From contig JAANOX010000153.1 in NCBI GenBank assembly GCA_020184695.1, positions 124,001 through 188,000 of the forward strand: DNA of 64,000 nt, in the 5' to 3' direction. The stretch is from Histomonas meleagridis 2922-C6/04-290x. Its lineage: Eukaryota > Protista > Parabasalia. Position 1 is the first letter of the stretch; each line of letters starts with the position of its first letter. Both the position numbers and the translations under genes were made by a program. Below, one piece after another: positions 22,511 through 35,229 of the stretch. The notes under the pieces are model-generated. The model searched no databases, had not been told where the DNA came from, and saw only the letters and a program-made list of their open reading frames with translations.

Positions 22511-25500
22511 TCATGCGTCGTTGTCAAGAAGCCATTTGTCGTCTTCGTGCTGAACAAGTTCGTGCACATCTTCGTCGACGAGTTCCCGCTGCTCTCGAAC
22601 AGAAGATGACTCGTCTTCAATTATCGCTTCGCTTTGGTGCGGACGATTTCGCTTAAGAAGGAATATGGTGATGCCTACAATGATCAGAACAATTGCGATG
22701 GCGCCGCATATGATGCCAATGAGCTCCGCTTTGGTGAGCGCGCCCGACGTTGTCTCGCTCGTAGGCATTAAGGTGAAGAAGTCGGTGTAAAAGCTGATGT
22801 AAAAGGTGAATACGATGACTGTGTAGTCGTGGTATACGAAATCGGTGGTGATGTAGGCGTAGCCAGAGCCGATCTGTGTGAGCGTGAATGAGTTACGGAG
22901 AAACGTAACAAGTGTCAACGTGTGCGTAATGGTGAGCGTGAATGTGAGAGTGAGATTAGAATCGGATTGAGTGAATGTATTTGACTGTGTGTATGTGTTC
23001 GATTGCGTATATGTATTTGACTGTGTTAATGTGTTCGATTGTGTATAAGTGAATGTGTTTGATACAGTGAATGAGTTTGTAGGCCATGGAAGACATTCTT
23101 CATTTGTAGTACCTTTGATAACTTTTAAACCACAGAATTTATCAGAGTCATATGTGTCTAATGTCATTATCGTGGATAAATTATTATTTTGAAATGCATT
23201 TGAATTGTTAATAATTATATTACCATAATAATAAACACATTTGAGTTTGTTACATTGATAAAATGCATCGTCTTCAATAGTATTAACATTTTCTTTGAGA
23301 AAAATAGTTTCTAAATTAGAACATGCATAAAATGAATACTTGCAAATCGTTGTGATAGAAAATGGTATAAAAAATGTATCATTTAAATTTCCTGTCGGAT
23401 AACATATGATTTGTGTAATGTTTTTATCATAAAAAACTCCATCATTTTCATAATTGGAATATTTAGAATTATCTTTTGATACATTTATATATCGAAGATT
23501 TGGACAATTATGAAATATTTGTGATCCAATTAATCTGACACTGCTTGGAATTATAATATTCGTTAATGAAATACATGATTCAAATGCTGATGCTCCAATT
23601 TCTTCAACACTTTCTCCAATTGTAATATTTGTTAATTGTTCACATGATTTAAATGCTGCTTCTCCAATCATTATAACATTGTTTGGAATTATAATATTCG
23701 TTAATGAAATACATGATTCAAATGCTGATGCTCCAATTTCTTCAACACTTTCTCCAATTGTAATATTTGTTAATTGTTCACATGATTTAAATGCTGCTTC
23801 TCCAATCATTATAACATTGTTTGGAATAATAATTTCTATTAATGAAATACATGATTCAAATGCTGATGCTCCGATTTCTTCAACACTTTCTCCAATTGTA
23901 ATATTTGTTAATTGTTCACATGATTTAAATGCTGCTTCTCCAATCATTATAACATTGTTTGGAATAATAATTTCTATTAATGAAATACATGATTCAAATG
24001 CTGATGCTCCAATTTCTTCAACACTTTCTCCAATTATAATATTGACTAAATTTCCACATGATTTAAATGCTGCTTCTCCAATCATTATAACATTGTTTGG
24101 AATAATAATTTCTATTAATGAAATACATGATTCAAATGCTGATGCTCCAATTTCTTCAACACTTTCTCCAATTGTAATATTTGTTAATTGTTCACATGAT
24201 TTAAATGCTGCTTCTCCAATCATTATAACATTGTTTGGAATAATAATTTCTATTAATGAAATACATGATTCAAATGCTGATGCTCCAATTTCTTCAACAC
24301 TTTCTCCAATTATAATATTTGTTAAATTTCCACATGATTTAAATGCTGATGATTTAATGACTGTAACATTGTTTGGAATAATAATTTCTATTAATGAAAT
24401 ACATGATTCAAATGCTGATGCTCCAATTTCTTCAACACTTTCTCCAATTGTAATATTTGTTAAATTTCCACATGATTTAAATGCTGCTTCTCCAATCATT
24501 ATAACATTGTTTGGAATAATAATTTCTATTAATGAAATACATGATTCAAATGCTGATGCTCCAATTTCTTCAACACTTTCTCCAATTGTAATATTTGTTA
24601 ATTGTTCACATGATTTAAATGCTGCTTCTCCAATCATTATAACATTGTTTGGAATAATAATTTCTATTAATGAAATACATGATTCAAATGCTGATGCTCC
24701 AATTTCTTCAACACTTTCTCCAATTGTAATATTTGTTAATTGTTCACATGATTTAAATGCTGCTTCTCCAATCATTATAACATTGTTTGGAATTATAATT
24801 TCTATTAATGAAATACATGATTCAAATGCTGATGCTCCGATTTCTTCAACACTTTCTCCAATTGTAATATTTGTTAATTGTTCACATGATTTAAATGCTG
24901 CTTCTCCAATCATTATAACATTGTTTGGAATAATAATTTCTATTAATGAAATACATGATTCAAATGCTGATGCTCCAATTTCTTCAACACTTTCTCCAAT
25001 TATAATATTTGTTAAATTTCCACATGATTTAAATGCTGATGATTTAATGACTGTAACATTGTTTGGAATAATAATTTCTATTAATGAAATACATGATTCA
25101 AATGCTGATGCTCCAATTTCTTCAACACTTTCTCCAATTGTAATATTTGTTAAATTTCCACATGATTTAAATGCTGCTTCTCCAATCATTATAACATTGT
25201 TTGGAATAATAATTTCTATTAATGAAATACATGATTCAAATGCTGATGCTCAATTTCTTCAACACTTTCTCCAATTGTAATATTTGTTAATTGTTCACAT
25301 GATTTAAATGCTGCTTCTCCAATCATTATAACATTGTTTGGAATAATAATTTCTATTAATGAAATACATGATTCAAATGCTGATGCTCCAATTTCTTCAA
25401 CACTTTCTCCAATTGTAATATTTGTTAATTGTTCACATGATTTAAATGCTGCTTCTCCAATCATTATAACATTGTTTGGAATAATAATTTCTATTAATGA

Positions 25501-28011
25501 AATACATGATTCAAATGCTGATGCTCCAATTTCTTCAACACTTTCTCCAATTGTAATATTTGTTAATTGTTCACATGATTTAAATGCTGCTTCTCCAATC
25601 ATTATAACATTGTTTGGAATTATAATTTCTATTAATGAAATACATGATTCAAATGCTGATGCTCCAATTTCTTCAACACTTTCTCCAATTGTAATATTTG
25701 TTAATTGTTCACATGATTTAAATGCTGCTTCTCCAATCATTATAACATTGTTTGGAATTATAATTTCTATTAATGAAATACATGATTCAAATGCTGATGC
25801 TCCAATTTCTTCAACACTTTCTCCAATTGTAATATTTGTTAATTGTTCACATGATTTAAATGCTGCTTCTCCAATCATTATAACATTGTTTGGAATTATA
25901 ATTTCTATTAATGAAATACATGATTCAAATGCTGATGCTCCAATTTCTTCAACACTTTCTCCAATTGTAATATTTGTTAATTGTTCACATGATTTAAATG
26001 CTGCTTCTCCAATCATTATAACATTGTTTGGAATAATAATTTCTATTAATGAAATACATGATTCAAATGCTGATGCTCCAATTTCTTCAACACTTTCTCC
26101 AATTATAATATTGACTAAATTTCCACATGATTTAAATGCTGCTTCTCCAATCATTATAACATTGTTTGGAATAATAATTTCTATTAATGAAATACATGAT
26201 TCAAATGCATATGCTCCAATTTCTTCAACACTTTCTCCAATTGTAATATTTGTTAATTGTTCACATGATTTAAATGCTGCTTCTCCAATCATTATAACAT
26301 TGTTTGGAATAATAATTTCTATTAATGAAATACATGATTCAAATGCTGATGCTCCAATTTCTTCAACACTTTCTCCAATTGTAATATTTGTTAATTGTTC
26401 ACATGATTTAAATGCTGCTTCTCCAATCATTATAACATTGTTTGGAATAATAATTTCTATTAATGAAATACATGATTCAAATGCATATGCTCCAATTTCT
26501 TCAACACTTTCTCCAATTGTAATATTTGTTAATTGTTCACATGATTTAAATGCTGCTTCTCCAATCATTATAACATTGTTTGGAATAATAATTTCTATTA
26601 ATGAAATACATGATTCAAATGCTGATGCTCCAATTTCTTCAACACTTTCTCCAATTGTAATATTTGTTAATTGTTCACATGATTTAAATGCTGCTTCTCC
26701 AATCATTATAACATTGTTTGGAATAATAATTTCTATTAATGAAATACATGATTCAAATGCAGATGCTCCAATTTCTTCAACACTTTCTCCAATTGTAATA
26801 TTTGTTAATTGTTCACATGATTTAAATGCTGCTTCTCCAATCATTATAACATTTTTTGGAATAATAATTTCTATTAATGAAATACATGATTCAAATGCTG
26901 ATGCTCCAATTTCTTCAACACTTTCTCCAATTGTAATATTTGTTAATTGTTCACATGATTTAAATGCTGCTTCTCCAATCATTATAACATTGTTTGGAAT
27001 AATAATTTCTATTAATGAAATACATGATTCAAATGCTGATGCTCCAATTTCTTCAACACTTTCTCCAATTGTAATATTGACTAAATTTCCACATAATCTA
27101 AATGCTGCTTCTCCAATAGTCATAACATTTTTTGGAATTATAATATTCGTTATTGATGATCGATAAAATGCAAATGAATCAATTTTCGTGATTGAATTTG
27201 GTATAAAAAATGTATCATTTATATTTCCTGTCGGATAACATATGATTTGTGTAATGTTTTTATCATAAAGAACTCCATCATTTTCATAATTGGAATATTT
27301 AGGATTATCTTTTGATACATTTATATATTGAAGACTCGTACATTCTAAAAATACATTTGTTCCAATCAATAAAACTGATTTTGGAATGATAATATTCGTT
27401 AATGAAGTGCATGATTCAAATGCATAATTACATATTTCTTCAACACTTTCTCCAATATCAACATTTAATAATTCTTGACATAGTGTAAATGCACTGGTCG
27501 GAATCTGAATAACATTCTCAATAATTGCAGATTTAATATCGTCCCTGTAAGTCCTGATTTCATTAAAATCATTTTGACTTGATATTGTAATTGTAGATGT
27601 TTTATGATCAAAGTATTGCAATGCATGTGTGAAAAATATGATAATAAAATATATGTAAATATACACATTTTTTGTTTTATGTTTGCATGAAATTTTTTGA
27701 TTAAAAAATTGTTTTAATAAATTTGATATCTTTTGCTTCAGAACTAATGAAACAACGAAAATTGTGAATAAGAACAGTGTCAATAAATGGTTTGCTTGTG
27801 AATCAAAAAGAAATTTTAAAAAATAAATATGATAATAATCAAAATATATATTGATGCCATTGTGTGAAATGAGCAACTTATTGGTGTGCACTAAATGAGT
27901 GAAAAATAAAAAAAGGGAGATTATGATTATAATAACAAAATTATTTACAATATTTGGGAAATGATGAACTCTCGGTGAAGAATCAAAAATTCTCATGTAG
28001 TGTAAGTTCAT
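22511..28011 (-). CDS. BspA-like (TpLRR/LRR_5) type-I surface protein, copy 1, with a single 1-nt frameshift at about 25251
   Basis: IGESVEEIGxxAFxxCxxL repeats, a TxSNT stalk, a TM helix and a cytosolic tail. ORFs 25219-28038 and 22511-25189 are one gene split by a missing C in one repeat (GCTGATGCT-CAATTTC). Confidence 0.88.
23540..27150 (-). repeat. Near-perfect 138-bp (46-aa) coding tandem array, 26 units
   Basis: The anchor CTTCAACAC recurs from 23602 to 27051, a distance of 3449 bp = 25 x 138 - 1. Confidence 0.95.
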
Positions 28012-29113
28012 AGCGAATAGGTGAGTACTGACTTGCAATGCGAATGATTAAAAGTGAACCAGTTCCCCCGACTTCCTGGTGAAGGAATTTCTGTCATTTG
28101 ATAAAATAAACCACTTAAAAACATTAAAAATCCGATACATTCAATAATTCAAAAGAAATAAAATTAAAACGATAACAAATTCAAATTTCAACTAAACTTT
28201 AACCCAAAAACGTTGGGACAGACGATAGGATGTTAAAAAACACCTTACAGTACGATAGAAACGGATTTTCATAACAAATTTATCTGAAATTTTCAAGACA
28301 CAAGTCGTATTAGGTACAGGATTTTACATGTAAAATTATCAGGTCTTGAGAGAATAAGATCAAATAATAGAACAATGACAGTATAAGGACCTATCGTACT
28401 ACAACCAAAAATGAATTTTTGAATCAGTTTATTAACCAATCAAATATTTGTTTGGAAGAAGGAAAATTATTCAAAAATTGAAAAATATTTTTTAACAAAA
28501 GAATTTTTTTATTAACGACTGAAGTTATACATTGGAAACTTGCAGGCAAGATGCATGATTTATTCATATGAATAAATATTTAACAAAAATAAATTTATAA
28601 TGACAAAAATAGTTAAGACACAATGTCGTTTCCTTAGAGCTTCAACTAGTTCATTATTATCTGGTATTGTGACCAAATAAAATTTACTAAATGCTTTAGA
28701 AAGTTAGATAAGCTAATGAACAAAATGTTTAATGGTAACACATTATATAAACAAGCTCAGGAAATGATGAAATATTCTTTTTTTCACTTTGATAAAAATA
28801 AGAATTAACAAATTTTTTAATTGCTGCGTAGTTTATACCAAAGAATTAAATTTACAAATTGTAGTAATTTTTATATCATTTAACTTAAAAAATAATGAAA
28901 GTTGATATAAATATTTCGAATCGTTACTAGACATTCTATTATGCTGTAAAAAGAATATGGAAAGAATTTTAAAGCTAAAGATATTATTTATAGATCGGTT
29001 ATAAATGACTTTACCAAAACACAATCTGCGATTTTTTACATATTTTATTATATAATTTAAAGAAAATAAAAATATTTAAATTGAATTTTTTTGCTTCTTT
29101 ATCTTTGATCCTA

Positions 29114-31779
29114 TTAAATTTCTATGACACTGTTATCTTCCTTAAAATCTTTAGCAAAAGGATCATCTTCAATGTCTTTCATTTCCAATCCAGATAAAAA
29201 TGTTGTGTTCGTTTCTTTTTCTTCTTCTAAATCATTTGTAAAAATATTACTATTTTGTTTTTTATTTTTTAATCTAATTAATAATATAACAAGTAACACA
29301 ATAATAATTATTATTACAATAACAACACAAACAATTATAATTATTAGATGTGTATTGTCGTTTTTATCCAATTCATTCATATAAAAAATAGTGAAAAAAT
29401 TAGAATAGAAACTATAATATGTAGAATAAATCAAAATAGTATAATTATAATATATAAATTCAGTTATAATATAAGTTAAAATTGAGTTAATATTAGAAAT
29501 TGAAATAGAAATTGTTTGAAAAGAATTAATAATACTTAATGTTTGCGTATTGGATAATGAATATATCAAGGTAAATGAGTTAGAGATAGTTAATTCAGAA
29601 ATAACAAGTGGGAACGTGTGCGTAATTGTGAGCGTGAGATTGGTTTCGCATAATGTGTTTGACTTAGCGAATGTATTTGACTGTGTTAATGTGTTCGATT
29701 GTGTATAAGTGAATGTGTTTGATACAGTGAATGAGTTTGTAGGCCATGGAAGACATTCTTCATTTGTAGTACCTTTGATAACTTTTAAACCACAGAATTT
29801 ATCAGAGTCATATGTGTCTAATGTCATTATCGTGGATAAATTATTATTTTGAAATGCATTTGAATTGTTAATAATTATATTACCATAATAATAAACACAT
29901 TTGAGTTTGTTACATTGATAAAATGCATCGTCTTCAATAGTATTAACATAAAAAAAAAAAAAAATAGTTTCTAAATTAGAACATGCATAAAATGAATACT
30001 TGCAAATCGTTGTGATAGAAAATGGTATTAAAAAATGTATCATTTAAATTTCCTGTCGGATAACATATGATTTGTGTAATGTTTTTATCATAAAAAACTC
30101 CATCATTTTCATAATTGGAATATTTAGAATTATCTTTTGATACATTTATATATCGAAGATTTGGACAATTATGAAATATTTGTGATCCAATTAATCTGAC
30201 ACTGCTTGGAATTATAATATTCGTTAATGAAATACATGATTCAAATGCTGATGCTCCAATTTCTTCAACACTTTCTCCAATTGTAATATTTGTTAAATTT
30301 CCACATGATTTAAATGCTGATGATTTAATGACTGTAACATTGTTTGGAATAATAATTTCTATTAATGAAATACATGATTCAAATGCTGATGTTCCAATTT
30401 CTTCAACACTTTCTCCAATTGTAATATTTGTTAATTGTTCACATGATTTAAATGCTGCTTCTCCAATCATTATAACATTGTTTGGAATTATAATTTCTAT
30501 TAATGAAATACATGATTCAAATGCTGATGCTCCGATTTCTTCAACACTTTCTCCAATTGTAATATTTGTTAATTGTTCACATGATTTAAATGCTGCTTCT
30601 CCAATCATTATAACATTGTTTGGAATAATAATTTCTATTAATGAAATACATGATTCAAATGCTGATGCTCCGATTTCTTCAACACTTTCTCCAATTGTAA
30701 TATTTGTTAATTGTTCACATGATTTAAATGCTGCTTCTCCAATCATTATAACATTGTTTGGAATAATAATTTCTATTAATGAAATACATGATTCAAATGC
30801 TGATGCTCCAATTTCTTCAACACTTTCTCCAATTGTAATATTGACTAAATTTCCACATAATCTAAATGCTGCTTCTCCAATAGTCATAACATTATTTTGC
30901 ATTATAATATTCGTTATCGATGATCGATAAAACGCTAATGAATCAATTTTTCGTGATTGAATTTGGTATAAAAATGTATCATTTATATTTCCTGTCGGAT
31001 AACATATGATTTGTGTAATGTTTTTTTATCATAAAGAACTCCATCATTTTTCATAATTGGAATATTTAGGATTATCTTTTTGATACATTTATATATTGAA
31101 GACTCGTACATTCTAAAAAAATACATTTGTTCCAATCAATAAAACTGATTTTTGGAATGATAATATTCGTTAATGAAGTGCATGATTCAAATGCATAATT
31201 ACATATTTCTTCAACACTTTCTCCAATATCAACATTTAATAATTCTTGACATAGTGTAAATGCACTGGTCGGAATCTGAATAACATTCTCAATAATTGCA
31301 GATTTAATATCGTCCCTGTAAGTCCTGATTTCATTAAAATCATTTTGACTTGATATTGTAATTGTAGATGTTTTATGATCAAAGTATTGCAATGCATGTG
31401 TGAAAAATATGATAATAAAATATATGTAAATATACACATTTTTTGTTTTATGTTTGCATGAAATTTTTTGATTAAAAAATTGTTTTAATAAATTTGATAT
31501 CTTTTGCTTCAGAACTAATGAAACAACGAAAATTGTGAATAAGAACAGTGTCAATAAATGGTTTGCTTGTGAATCAAAAAGAAATTTTAAAAAATAAATA
31601 TTATAACAATAAATATCTATGTTTTTGAAGCATGTGATAAGGAACTTTTTAATGTTTACAAATTTGATGAAGTTTAAAAAAGTGATAAATATGTTAATAA
31701 CCCAATTCTCTATAATATTTGGGGATTGACAAACATTAATCGAAGTATTAAAATATTTTAAATAAGGCATTAAGTTCAT
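29114..31779 (-). CDS. BspA-like paralog, copy 2 (5 repeat units); many homopolymer frameshifts (pseudogene or assembly error)
   Basis: Near-identical to copy 1 over about 29660-31610. It has its own TM and a tail ending IEDDPFAKDFKEDNSVIEI. Indels cluster in A/T runs. Confidence 0.75.
30230..30890 (-). repeat. 138-bp tandem array, 5 units
   Basis: The anchor recurs at 30263, 30401, 30539, 30677 and 30815. Confidence 0.9.
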
Positions 31780-32166
31780 ATATTGCGCAATATTTTTTTT
31801 TTCTCCTGATACTTTGCTTTCAAATTTCTGTTGTGAATATTGACAAAGTAAACTACTAAAAAAAATTCAGGTACCCCACAAAATTTAAACGATGAACAAA
31901 TTTTAACTAAGTTTGTCAGATTCTGAAAGTCAGCGATTGCCCAGCAGCACGTTCCATTTATCTCAAATCACTTGAGGGAGCCACAATCAAGAAGTGATTA
32001 AAGTTTTCGATGTGAGCTATATTTTATGATTATAAATCAATATAAACTTATTAGCATATAGTTTTTTCCGACAACGATCAGTGTAAAGCATTTTGTTTTC
32101 CAAAAAGAAAATGATATTTTTTTTACAAATTTGTATACTATAATTTATAAATAAACATAAATAATG

Positions 32167-33396
32167 TTATGACAAATTTCGCTCAAAGAAAGGATGTTTC
32201 AAAGCCGATTCCGCGTTGCACCTTTCATCCGGGTCAATTTTGAGCATCATTTTCAGCAAATCAGCCAACAATTTTCTATTTTCTATTTCATCTTCCGATA
32301 TCTGTTTTGCGCCAGTGCAGTTATAGGTCAGAATGTTCATTTCCATATCCTTATAAAAGAAAGGGTTTCCATCGTCGAACTCTTCATCGTTTTCATTTCT
32401 TAAAGTTTTTATTGGTTTCAATTCTCCGCTTTTCAAGAAGTATCTATTCCTTATTGGCCCGCTAATTTTTTGTACAAAGTTCAATGGGTAATGTCCCAAA
32501 GTGATATCAATAAGATATATCAAATGTGTCTTAGACTCGGATGGAAACAATGGAATTCCGAAAAACAACTCCGCCGCAACACATCCCAACGACCAAATGT
32601 CCGCTTTCCATGTGAACCCCAAATCGAAAAGAACTTCAGGTGATCGATAGAACAAGGATTGGATACATGTAACCAATGGATTATCAACAGAAGAACATAA
32701 CCCATAGTCAATAAGCTTGAAGTCATTGGAATTTTGGCTGACTTGCATGATGTTCTCTGGTTTGATGTCGCAATGTGCAATCCGAAGTGACTCAAATATG
32801 ACTAATGTTTGTAGGGTACAACGTAAAACATTTTGGATAAGTGAAAGCGATAATCCATGATTATCATTACATTCCATGAGTATGTCATAAGTGGATTTAT
32901 AGAGTAGCTCTGTAAGAATACATAAATGGTTGTGGTAAATAAAGGATTTTTCATAATGAAAAAGATGATTATGATCAATGTGAAGACAAACATTTGTAAG
33001 CTATGTGTTAGATTTGCAAAAAAAGACTTTGCTATATGGATATATACAAAGCCTTTGGAAACATACGAAATTTAAAACATTGGATTCCCATTTGCGTATT
33101 GAATAGGAATCTTGATCAGACTTGGATATCTTTAATGCAAAGATTCCAATAAAATTGTTGATCTCATCAAATGCCGTAACTTTATAAACATTGCTGGAAC
33201 TCCCTTCGCCGATTTTTTGATTGACTTGATAGGAATGACCATCTGAATCTACAATGATTGAATTTTCGTACAAAATTAAATCACCTTCTTCGTTGTCATA
33301 TCCGTCATTTGTTTTTCTGTCAGAAATTGTCACAAGTGGCTGACCTGGTATTTGTGGTGATAGATTGGTCATTCCAAAACTACTAGGGCATCCCAT
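32167..33396 (-). CDS. CMGC protein kinase, Yak1/HIPK/DYRK-like, two exons (33396-33067, 33000-32167)
   Basis: Splicing 33066-33001 gives NVLNF/LTNVCL...HLCILTELL...HCDIKPENI...IDYGL...IQSLFYRSPEV...DIWSLGC in one frame. Confidence 0.88.
33001..33066 (-). other. Spliceosomal intron, 66 nt, phase 0
   Basis: 5' end GTATGT and 3' end (T)CTAACACATAG, the trichomonad fused branch-point/acceptor motif. Removal restores the kinase frame. Confidence 0.9.
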
Positions 33397-33539
33397 TGCC
33401 CACTTTTTTGTAAACAAAATGTGTTGAAGTGTTTTGTCGCTTTCTTAAAGTGTACTTGCGTATTCTTGAACCCAAAGATGATATTTTAGCGTGCTGAAAT
33501 AAGGGTGACACCTCAATCAGATCATATTTTATTAATATA

Positions 33540-33990
33540 TTATTGGAAAAAAATAAAAAGTTGTATCAGAAATTATTTTTAGATAGAGCAAATTCAACTT
33601 CATGTACGTAACTTCGTTTATAGATAACAGTGTTTGAATATGTGTTACACCGAATTGTAATGATTCATGTAAATTTATTTGATTTAGTAAATGTATGTGT
33701 TGGCCAGACATACTGAAAACATTCTTCAACTGATGAACCTTTTGACACATTTAGTGAACTAAATGTTGTATCTTGATATAAATCTGATGTCATAACATAT
33801 TTCATATTTACATTATCAAATGCGTTATAACTTATGTCAGTTGATGATTCATAACCTGTAAAATAAATAAATGTTAAATTGTTACAACCAGAAAACGATA
33901 AAGTTTCAATTGTCTTTAATGATAATTGTTGCTAATTTTATACATCGAGAAAATGCATAATCTCCAATTGTTGTTACATCTTCATCAATG
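33540..33990 (-). pseudogene. BspA-like gene relic (post-LRR module and stalk)
   Basis: Translates to GCNNLTFIYFTG..YVMTSDLYQDTTFSSLNVSKGSSVEEC..WPTHTFTKSN, closely matching the same module in the BspA at 59087-63814. Confidence 0.75.
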
Positions 33991-35229
33991 GTTGGATCTG
34001 AATTTTGGTTTTCTTAAGTTAAGTTTGTTTGCAATTTAACATGCTTTAATTCTACCTAAATCGTTAAAGATGGATGTTTCCTCCTGATTAAGGCTTCTGT
34101 TTAGATATTTGAGTTAGTATTCAAATACAACCAATATTTTAGGTATTTGTTTTAAAAAATAAAGTAAAACAATTGTTGTTTCCGTCAAAAACGCAAAGGT
34201 AAACACTGATAAAACTTGGAATAGCTTAAGAATACCAAAGACAATAAGCATTTGTTAAAACATTCAAATAAATTAAAAATCTGAATGAAAAAAAAATAAT
34301 TTTTTAATTAATAGGAAAAATAGATTTTTTTTTTTTCTTTTTGAATAAATCGATTTGTTTGGATATATAACTCACTTTTAAGATACTGTTGGATACAAGA
34401 AAGGAGAAATCATCAAAGAATAATCGGAAATTATATTCCCAAATGCTAATTGTTTCAGAAGATAATTTAAGTATATGTTTTTGAATGAATTAGATTTTAA
34501 TTTGACAGTAAAAAGCAGTTTGATTCAAAAATAATTGAAAGCTGATTTTCATTGTTTTACCCATCAAATTGCTATGAAAACGAAGAAGATTTTGTATCTT
34601 CTATCGAGTTATAGAAGAAAATGAAAAGAGAACATTATCATCTCACTTATCATTGTTTATGACTTGTATTGATTAAATTTTTAATGACAATTTCAATTTC
34701 TAATGGAAAACAACCAATTTAATACATTTTTGATGAAAATTTGAAGGTTCTTTGTTCGAGTTAAAATCAAGAATATATCTTCCAATTACAATCATCAAAT
34801 TAATGAAAAAAAAAATGAAATATATCTATTAGTGACTTTCAGCATTCATTTTATTGACTTTATTTTCAACATATTTCATAATGAAAATATTCTTTATAAA
34901 TATGAAAAGATTTATCGAATCAGTTATAATAAATATTATCATTATTTAAGTCATTTATTTATAAAACTCTTTGATATATTTAAAAAACGTTCCGAATTAA
35001 CTTCTTCTTCTAAAAATTAAATCACTTTATTTATTTCTTGATGAAAATTTCATTTTATTTTAATATGTATAAAATTAATAAAGTAAAAATATTTAATTTT
35101 TTATTGAGGAATTTCTTTTGTTACATATTTTAATCAATAATTGTTAACAATTTGTATATTATTTTATTTTTAATTATATTTAAGAATATTCTTTTTCTTA
35201 TTATTAAATATTTTTATAAGAGTAATTTC

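Noticed and set aside
23679-27166. Long plus-strand ORFs (533 aa, 610 aa; also 30328-30930)
   Set aside because: These are antisense shadows of the stop-free 138-bp BspA repeat.
29940-31160. Frameshifts and the poly-A replacement at about 29950-29964 in BspA copy 2 as evidence of true pseudogenisation or editing
   Set aside because: Nearly all are homopolymer length changes inside the region duplicated with copy 1, typical of unpolished long-read errors. They cannot be judged without reads.
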